Origin: Candidatus Latescibacterota bacterium
GTDB taxonomy: Bacteria; Latescibacterota; UBA2968; GCA-2709665
Direction of reading: 5' to 3'
DNA: 64,000 bases
Assembly (NCBI GenBank): GCA_965226795.1
Contig: CBDDDZ010000005.1
Coordinates: forward strand, 1,474,016 to 1,538,015
The notes below the pieces were generated by a model that did not search any database, was not told the DNA's origin, and worked only from the letters and a program-made list of their open reading frames with translations. The position numbers and the translations under genes are program-made. This document shows, in pieces, positions 57,317 through 64,000 of this stretch. The number at the start of each line of letters is the position of its first letter. The first letter of the stretch is position 1.

Positions 57317-60300
57317 GTGGCATTGAACATGGATACGGCTTTCACCATATTTTCGGTCGCCAGATACGAACGCAAATTGCTGATGCGGACGATCAGATTT
57401 CGCATTCTGGGTGGTATTGGCGTGCTTATCCCCGTCGTTCTGGGGGTGGGACTGGCGATCGCGGAAGCCAGAGGCGTTGAATTCGAGTCTGTCAGCGGAA
57501 TCGGCGCCTATATGCCCTTTTATGTCTACAGTTTCCTGCAGACCGTCGTGATCGCGTTTATTGTGGGGGATTTCCGCGCCGCGGATGAGCGCGCCGGGAT
57601 CTATGAGGTGGTTGCAGCCCGGCCGCTGTCAACGGCCGAATTGGTCATGGGCAAATACCTGGGTGTTCTGGGCGCACTGACCACACTCAGCCTGGTTGTG
57701 CTCGTGCTCAGCCTGGGCGTACACGCAGCCAAAATCAGCATTACCGGCGCGCCGTTTACCATTCGGCCCTACCTTGCGTACTGGCTGCTGCTGAACCTGC
57801 CCGGGCTTGTTTACATGTCCGCGCTTACGTTTTTCCTTGGGGCGGTGTTGCGCCGACAGGCTGCAGTGACCGTGCTCGTTGTCGCGTATGTCGTGATTGT
57901 GCTCTTGTTCCTGGGGCGCAGATATGGCGGCATTTTCGATTTCGGCGCATTCTTCGCACCCGTGTTCTATTCGGATATGCTCGGTCTTGGCGATATCCGA
58001 CGGGTGGTGGAGATCCGGTTCTTCTACATGATGCTTGCCCTGTTTTTCTTCGGTCTGTCAATCGACCGGTATCCGCGTCTGCCACAATCACGCCCCTGGC
58101 GCAGGTTTGGCCGATGTCTGACCGCCGCCGGTCTCGTCGCCGCGCTGGCCCTGTACGTGTATATGGAAAGTCGGGACTCTGCCGACCTCGAATACAGGAT
58201 GGCGCAGTTGGAAATCCAGGAAAGATATGCCGATTGGCCTGCCGTGGAAGTTACGCATTACACGCTCGACCTGGATCTGGCAGCAGACCGGACACCCCTA
58301 CGGGGCAGGGCGGTTCTGAACGTCTTGAACCCTCATCCCGTGCGGCTGGATACCCTCGTTTTCAGTCTCAACCCGGGATTGAAATTGCGGTCTGTAAGCG
58401 CAAAGCAGGCAACGGACGTTGCTGTCAACTGGCGTCGCGAATACGCTACCGTGCAGGTCGCGCGACCACTTCAACCCGATAGTCTGGCGACACTCGTGTT
58501 TGTGTACGACGGATCGATTGACCTCAGCGGATTCGATCTCAGGCGACATCCTGATACAAGACGCTTGCAGAAGAGGCGCGCCGGGCCGGGGAGAAAGGGT
58601 GATCTTACCGCCTGGATTCGCCGCAATTCCGTTTTCCTGCCGCCACGCAGCAGGTGGTATCCCTCACCGGGCGTGGACTACGGGCATCGGGATGGCAGAC
58701 CCGTTTCCTTCGCCACTGCAGATCTCAATATTTCTCTTCCCGCCGGGCTGGAAGTTGTGACCCAGGGTGTACCGGTTAACCGGGAGCCAACGGGAAGACG
58801 TGAGATTCATACATGGAAAGTGGAGCGCCCTGTACCTGTTTTTTCACTCAACGCTGGCGTCTATCGTGTCTATCAGGCCGAAATCCACGACATCGAATGT
58901 GCTATCTACGTGCATCCGTCCCATGCAAAACAGGTCACCTTCTTCGAAGACGCCAGGGACGACGCCCTCAATACACTTGGCGAAATTCTGGATAGTGTTG
59001 AACAGGAAACCAGCCTGGCCTACCCTTACGAGCGTCTATCTGTGGTGGAGGTGCCATTCCAGGTGCAATGGTATTACGACGGATGGGAGGAAGCAGGAGG
59101 ATTGGTGCAGCCAGGTGTGCTGATGCTGGAAGAGGATGTCCTGATGCGGTTGAGGCTGGGACAGCGGCTGAAGTGGATGCAGCGACGGCAACGGCAAAAC
59201 GACGATCCTGCGAGAATCAAGCGCGATTTGCTGGTCAGCACGATCCTTAACACGTTTCTCGCGAGCGAATCGTCTCAGAGTGGGATATACCGGAGTCCTG
59301 TTGCGCAACTCTGGTCGTTCAACAAAGGATTCGAAGGCGAACACTATTCGCTGTTAAAGCGCGGTATGCCAATCTATATGCAGAAACATCTCGGTACCAA
59401 TCTGCAACAGACGTTCTACTCGCGACGTGGGCGGTTTCGGGGGCGGTTCAGGCGCGACAGGGGCGGGAGTGGCGTCTCCTGGGATACGTTAACGGCCATG
59501 ATGCGGCAGCGTTCCTTCGCGGAACTGGACCCGAATGCAGATGCGGAACTCTACCGGGCAGTCGTCGATGCCAAGGGCGCGTCCCTGTTCGGCATGATGC
59601 AGGCTGTGGTGGGAGACGATGCATTCAGAGATGTAATAAGCGGATTCGAGGAGGCGAATCGACACATCGGAGTCGACTTCGCTTCGTTTGAGAGGGCGGC
59701 TGTCGGCGATTCCTCGGGTGGGGTGAACGGACCCGACCTGAATCGCCTGGTCCGAGACTGGCTGCACAATACCCATGTGCCGGGGTACACACTGACACGG
59801 GCAAAAGCATATAAAGTCGACGACGGGTGGGGGATGATGACGTATCAGATCATCGTGCGGATCCGGAACGGGGAGCCCGGGCGCGGGTTCGTTCAGATTC
59901 GAGCGTTGGGCACCGAGGACGAGGCGGTAAAAGGAGTCGAGATAGAGGGCGGGCAGGAAGTCGAGGTGGGGTTGATCCTTTGGGAGCGGCCCTCTAGGAT
60001 AAGTATCGAGCCTTTTTTTGCACGCAACCGCCGCATCCTGATGGCGCCGCTGCGCATACCCGAGCAGCCGATGGACGGATCCGCCACGACTTACGTGAGG
60101 GAGGTTTCCCCGGATGAGACCGGATTGACCGAAATAATCGTGGACAACGATGACGAAGGCTTCGAGATGCCGGTCCGCAGGGTGCGCCGTTATCTTCGAC
60201 CGCAGTTGAAGGGCGACAACTGGCAGGAACGCCAGTTGCCGTTTTCTTTCGGACGGTATGAGAACAATTTCCGTTGGAAGAAACCTGGCGACGGCGCGCA

Positions 60301-60703
60301 ACCGGCCGTTTGGACCGCCCGTTTGCCCCACAGCGGGGATTACGACGTCTACTATTATTTCCTTTCTCCCAGGTTCTCGAAGCGTCTGCGTATGGCATCG
60401 GAATTCAATCTGGCCGTCTGCCACGGTGGCCAGGTGGATACGCTGACGGTGGAAGCACACGAACTGAAGGCGGGCTGGAACGTCCTGGGACGTTACCGGT
60501 TCGAGGGTGGGGAATTGGCCCGTGTCGAATTGTCCGACCGTGCCAACGGCCGGCTGTACGCCGACGCGGTGCGCTGGAGGTACGTAGACCCTGACCATCC
60601 GGAGGACGTATACGAAGAGGAACTTCCCACCTGGAACTTCGGCGGCGGCGGCCGCAGGGGTGACCGGGGAGGGCGTGGACAAAGCCGCGGAGGACGATGG
60701 TAA
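57317..60703 (+). CDS. ABC-2-type permease (6 TM) fused to a ~860-aa extracytoplasmic domain (M1-aminopeptidase-like / GldG-like architecture possible; no HEXXH seen); RG-rich C-terminus
   Basis: Six hydrophobic helices in the first ~270 aa. Long soluble domain; no HEXXH gluzincin motif found by eye. The ATGA junction with the upstream ATPase suggests coupling. Confidence 0.6.
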   Translation: MALNMDTAFTIFSVARYERKLLMRTIRFRILGGIGVLIPVVLGVGLAIAEARGVEFESVSGIGAYMPFYVYSFLQTVVIAFIVGDFRAADERAGIYEVVAARPLSTAELVMGKYLGVLGALTTLSLVVLVLSLGVHAAKISITGAPFTIRPYLAYWLLLNLPGLVYMSALTFFLGAVLRRQAAVTVLVVAYVVIVLLFLGRRYGGIFDFGAFFAPVFYSDMLGLGDIRRVVEIRFFYMMLALFFFGLSIDRYPRLPQSRPWRRFGRCLTAAGLVAALALYVYMESRDSADLEYRMAQLEIQERYADWPAVEVTHYTLDLDLAADRTPLRGRAVLNVLNPHPVRLDTLVFSLNPGLKLRSVSAKQATDVAVNWRREYATVQVARPLQPDSLATLVFVYDGSIDLSGFDLRRHPDTRRLQKRRAGPGRKGDLTAWIRRNSVFLPPRSRWYPSPGVDYGHRDGRPVSFATADLNISLPAGLEVVTQGVPVNREPTGRREIHTWKVERPVPVFSLNAGVYRVYQAEIHDIECAIYVHPSHAKQVTFFEDARDDALNTLGEILDSVEQETSLAYPYERLSVVEVPFQVQWYYDGWEEAGGLVQPGVLMLEEDVLMRLRLGQRLKWMQRRQRQNDDPARIKRDLLVSTILNTFLASESSQSGIYRSPVAQLWSFNKGFEGEHYSLLKRGMPIYMQKHLGTNLQQTFYSRRGRFRGRFRRDRGGSGVSWDTLTAMMRQRSFAELDPNADAELYRAVVDAKGASLFGMMQAVVGDDAFRDVISGFEEANRHIGVDFASFERAAVGDSSGGVNGPDLNRLVRDWLHNTHVPGYTLTRAKAYKVDDGWGMMTYQIIVRIRNGEPGRGFVQIRALGTEDEAVKGVEIEGGQEVEVGLILWERPSRISIEPFFARNRRILMAPLRIPEQPMDGSATTYVREVSPDETGLTEIIVDNDDEGFEMPVRRVRRYLRPQLKGDNWQERQLPFSFGRYENNFRWKKPGDGAQPAVWTARLPHSGDYDVYYYFLSPRFSKRLRMASEFNLAVCHGGQVDTLTVEAHELKAGWNVLGRYRFEGGELARVELSDRANGRLYADAVRWRYVDPDHPEDVYEEELPTWNFGGGGRRGDRGGRGQSRGGRW

Positions 60704-60774
60704 TTAATTGTGTAACAACGATATATATCCTTTTAGTGAGGTATATTTTGAATCGACGACGCTCTGAATTCTAT

Positions 60775-61827
60775 ATGCTATTCATCGGTATTTCTACGCT
60801 ATCAGGCTGCGGCGGGCAAACCGAACAGCGGACCGTCGATCTGACCGTCCCCGTTACGGTTCAGGCGGTGCGGCTGGACACCATGGAAGCGACGGTGGGG
60901 GCCACGGGGACGCTCCGGTCCTCTAAAGAGGCTCGAATTCAAACCGAGGTCGAAGGTATTCTTCGATTTGTCGCACGGGACGGCGGGGAAAGGCCGGCGG
61001 AGGGTATGCGGGTTACCCGAAACCAGGAAATCGCCCGTCTGGTGAACAGGGAACTTGAAGTGAATGCCCGCGTTGAATCCCGGGCGCTTGCTAAGTCCGC
61101 TGCGAAGCGAACGCTTCGTGAACAAGAGGTACTGGTTGAACGCAAGCTGGGTACGGAGAGAGATCTTGACGAAGCACGCCGCGCACTTGCCGAGGCCGAA
61201 TCAAATTATGAAGACGCCCTCGTTCAGATCGCCAAGACGACGATTCGTACACCAATCGCCGGCTTTCTAACAGGATTGGCCGACATTACCGACGGTACAC
61301 TCGTGGAAGCCCGTACGACCATTGCGACAGTGATGGATTACAGCCGCGTGCTCGTCGAACTCAAGATACCAAATGCCTATATTTCGTCGGTTTCGCCGGG
61401 GCAGATTGTGCGTATGGAGAACTATGCGTTGCCCAACCGACTGTTTAGGGGGACCATCAAGGTGGTGGATCCGGCCATTGATCCGACGACACGTACGTTC
61501 CGGGTGGTGGGGGCCGTGAAGAATCCGGACCTGATGTTGCGGCCGGGAATGTTCGTGAAAGCGGAGATTGTCACGGAGTCACACGAAAACGTGGTGGTGA
61601 TCCCGCGCCGCTTTGTGCTGACCCGTCAGAATCGCAAGGTGGTGTTCGTCGAAGAGGAGGGGAGGGCACAGATGCGCAACGTGGAATTTGGGCTGGAGGG
61701 GTCGGAGCAGGTCGAGATTCTGGAAGGGCTTGAACCGGGCGAGCGCCTCATTACAAGCAACTATGAAACCCTGCGGCCGCGTACGCGCGTGCGGGTAACC
61801 GGCGAGGGAGTGCCGGGGCAGCGATGA
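60775..61827 (+). CDS. Efflux RND transporter periplasmic adaptor (membrane-fusion protein, HlyD/AcrA family) lipoprotein
   Basis: Lipobox LSGCGG, then coiled-coil (LREQEVLVERKLGTERDLDEARRALAEAESNYEDA) and beta-barrel/MP domains. The start is set at an internal Met of track ORF 60697..61827. Confidence 0.85.
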   Translation: MLFIGISTLSGCGGQTEQRTVDLTVPVTVQAVRLDTMEATVGATGTLRSSKEARIQTEVEGILRFVARDGGERPAEGMRVTRNQEIARLVNRELEVNARVESRALAKSAAKRTLREQEVLVERKLGTERDLDEARRALAEAESNYEDALVQIAKTTIRTPIAGFLTGLADITDGTLVEARTTIATVMDYSRVLVELKIPNAYISSVSPGQIVRMENYALPNRLFRGTIKVVDPAIDPTTRTFRVVGAVKNPDLMLRPGMFVKAEIVTESHENVVVIPRRFVLTRQNRKVVFVEEEGRAQMRNVEFGLEGSEQVEILEGLEPGERLITSNYETLRPRTRVRVTGEGVPGQR

Positions 61828-62231
61828 ACACATGGGGCGAGTGTCCGTTGTTCTAAGGACCCGTACCGACACGAAAGATCCCATCCGCGCGGAAGATCCG
61901 GATTCCATCGCCACAAATGCCCCTACTGCGCGTACCGCGATGGATTCAGCGACGGTTACAGGAAGGCGCAAGCGCAGCTGAGGGGCGCGTCACTCACATA
62001 ATCACCCGAGCAAGTAGGCTATGGCAACAGTTCAATACGATGTGCTGAAGTGCCTGCAAAAAGCAGCAAATGTCGAATCTCTGGCGATCCAAGAGGGCCC
62101 TTCGGTCAAAGAGATGGCCGACCTCCTCCATCTGGATACGGATCAGATCCGCGGCGCGATCGGGGGCTCCGGGCAAAAGGATATGACATCCGAAACCATC
62201 CCCGGCGCAGCGGCCATTTTGTATTATTTGG

Positions 62232-62627
62232 CTATCCGTGATCTCCGGATCCCAACTCAACGTGGATGCTGAACCAGGTGAAAGACTGACCGCGAGCGTT
62301 GAGTTCTAAAGATTTCATTTCGCCCGCTGCCAGGTCGACACGAGGGGTGGGCCCGAGTTCGACGCCGTTCGACAGATGGATCTCAACCCGGACCTGGGAG
62401 ACTTTGGCGTTTGTGGTATTCCTGACCGTGCCGGCGAACACCTTACGGTCACTGTCATATCTGGCGACCAGTTCGACGCCGCTGCGAACCTCTTTGGCGG
62501 TCTCTGAGATATTATACCTCTTGCCTGATTCGCCCGCCTCGGCGGGTTCCGTAGGACCTGCCGAACATGCACCAACTGCAACGACGAACACTGCCACAGC
62601 ATAACAGCAAAAAGCCTGAATCGACAT
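62232..62627 (-). CDS. Hypothetical periplasmic lipoprotein (131 aa)
   Basis: Signal peptide with lipobox (AVGAC), then beta-rich sequence. Located between the RND adaptor and pump genes on the opposite strand. Confidence 0.45.
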   Translation of the reverse strand: MSIQAFCCYAVAVFVVAVGACSAGPTEPAEAGESGKRYNISETAKEVRSGVELVARYDSDRKVFAGTVRNTTNAKVSQVRVEIHLSNGVELGPTPRVDLAAGEMKSLELNARGQSFTWFSIHVELGSGDHG

Positions 62628-62752
62628 CTGAAACTCCTTCCTCCTTACGTTTGAGATAACTGCGCAGATTCACACATTCTCAACGTCCCTGACGGTCAAA
62701 GGTTGCCGCCTTTTAGCTTAATTGATAGTTCCCCTTTCAAAGGGCTGATACG

Positions 62753-64000
62753 ATGTCTTTGCCCGAATTCTCAACAAAATACCCGGTGACGGTTGCCATG
62801 GCCACACTGGCGGTAGCGCTCCTGGGTTGGATCTCACTGGAACGGCTGGACGTAGACCTGTTGCCCGACCTGCATTCTCCCGTGATTACGGTCGACCTGC
62901 GTTTTCCGGGCAAGACTCCAAGGGAGATGGAAGAGCGTTATGCGCAGCGTCTCGAAGGGGATATCGGTACCGTTCGCCACGTCAAACGGGTACATTCAGT
63001 GTCCCGCTCCGGTCAAGCCGTGGTGATCGCGGAATTTGAATGGGATGCGGATATGGATTTCGCCTTGCTCGACGTGCAAAAGAAAGTGGGGCGGTACGCA
63101 GCGGATCCCGATATCACGAGTCTGGACGTTACGCAGGAAGACCCTCAGGCGCTGCCGGTGATGCGCCTGGCCGTGTCCGGAGCGGATTGGCAGGATCCGG
63201 ACGAACTGCTGGGCAGTGTGGAAACGATAATCAGGCCGAAACTTGAAGGGTTCTCCGGGGTGGCTTCAGTAGAAATCGAAGGAGGGGCGGAAAAGGAGAT
63301 CCATGTTACGCTGGATTCCTATCTTCTGCAAGCCTTTGGCGTCAATTCCGAGACGGTCGTCTCGCGAATTCGGGAGGCGAATTCGGATGTCTCCGGAGGG
63401 ACGTTGAAGGACGGGCAACGATCCTATCTGGTCAAGGGTATGGGACGTCTGAACGATTTGAAGGACGTGAACAACCTGGTTGTCGGTGAGAGCAGAGGCG
63501 GAACCGCGAACGGCCAGGAAGATGCACCGGCCGAGCGGGTGCCCGTCATGGTTGGCGATGTGGGTACCGTGGCACTCCGATATAAGGAGAGGGAGACAAT
63601 CGTGCGCCTAGACGGTGTGGAGTGCGTCGGTCTTTCAATCTATAAAGAAGCGGGCGCGAATACTTCGTCGGTGGTCAACGGGGTTCTTCAAGAACTGGGA
63701 AGTCTGGAGGCCGACCTGGCGGGCATTCGCTTTACAGTGGTGGAGAACCAGGCGCGCTTTGTGGAAAGCGCGGTAAACGAAGTGGAAGAGGCGGCCATTC
63801 TCGGCGCGTTGCTGGCCGTGGGCGTGCTGTTGGCTGTGCTCCGGCAGTGGACAGCCACACTGGTGATCGGTCTTGCCATTCCGATTTCCGTGCTGGCCAC
63901 CTTCACGCTGATGTATTTCCAGGGGTTGACGTTGAATGTGATGACCCTGGGCGGGTTGGCGCTGGGCGCCGGCATGTTGGTTGACAACGCGATTGTCGTG
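62753..64000 (+). CDS. RND efflux permease (AcrB/CzcA family), N-terminal 416 aa; continues past the window end
   Basis: My own translation from the ATG at 62753: MSLPEFSTKYPVTVAMATLAVALLGWISLERLDVDLLPDLHSPVITVDLRFPG... ...LAVGVLLAVLRQWTATLVIGLAIPISVLATFTLMYFQGLTLNVMTLGGLALGAGMLVDNAIVV (TM2-4 region). No stop before 64000, so it is absent from the ORF track. Confidence 0.9.
   Translation, partial: MSLPEFSTKYPVTVAMATLAVALLGWISLERLDVDLLPDLHSPVITVDLRFPGKTPREMEERYAQRLEGDIGTVRHVKRVHSVSRSGQAVVIAEFEWDADMDFALLDVQKKVGRYAADPDITSLDVTQEDPQALPVMRLAVSGADWQDPDELLGSVETIIRPKLEGFSGVASVEIEGGAEKEIHVTLDSYLLQAFGVNSETVVSRIREANSDVSGGTLKDGQRSYLVKGMGRLNDLKDVNNLVVGESRGGTANGQEDAPAERVPVMVGDVGTVALRYKERETIVRLDGVECVGLSIYKEAGANTSSVVNGVLQELGSLEADLAGIRFTVVENQARFVESAVNEVEEAAILGALLAVGVLLAVLRQWTATLVIGLAIPISVLATFTLMYFQGLTLNVMTLGGLALGAGMLVDNAIVV

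Noticed and set aside
59489-60682. 397-aa minus-strand ORF
   Set aside because: Antisense to the 1128-aa permease-fusion gene.
62021-62272. 83-aa plus-strand ORF between the RND adaptor and pump
   Set aside because: No SD and no motifs. Overlaps the more protein-like lipoprotein ORF on the other strand. Kept only as a low-probability possibility.
1-64000. CRISPR arrays, rRNA genes, IS elements or prophage content
   Set aside because: No regularly spaced direct repeats and no transposase, integrase or phage structural genes recognised anywhere in the window.

Overview
The window is GC-rich (by eye), gene-dense bacterial chromosome with classical SD ribosome sites and sigma-70-like -35/-10 promoters. 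Two large secreted proteins carry T9SS (Por) C-terminal sorting domains, which points to an FCB-group lineage outside Bacteroidia (Rhodothermota/Balneolota/Gemmatimonadota-like). This lineage call is inference.

Housekeeping genes present:
- acyP, apt, a tRNA-Arg(CCU), ruvX, mltG, uvrD/pcrA, gatC, pyrG
- a lptC-lptA-lptB-rpoN cluster
- an HU/IHF-family gene and several aminotransferases and dehydrogenases

Accessory content:
1. A tandem pair of T9SS cargo proteins. One is a dockerin-bearing lamin-tail-domain (LTD) protein. The other is a 1626-aa protein with two N-terminal cohesin-like modules and five LTD repeats.
2. A selenocysteine (in-frame UGA) NAD-type formate dehydrogenase operon (fused NuoE/F-like beta, fdhA, fdhD, fmdB). 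It has an fdhF-like bSECIS hairpin with a GGUC loop, a consensus promoter and a strong terminator.
3. A one-carbon / methylated-amine island: a homocysteine-S-methyltransferase::SAM-MTase fusion, an N,N-dimethylformamidase-beta-like gene, a BHMT-like gene, a TPP enzyme, an FAD amine-oxidase-like gene and a tandem RidA gene.
4. An ABC ATPase plus an 1128-aa permease fused to a giant extracytoplasmic domain.
5. An RND efflux adaptor and pump, the pump truncated at the window end.

Four CDSs are split by single-base indels that all sit in C/G homopolymer runs. I read these as probable sequencing errors. An ankyrin-repeat gene is interrupted by one in-frame TGA.

The supplied ORF track omits ORFs that run off the window edges and contains many antisense shadow ORFs.
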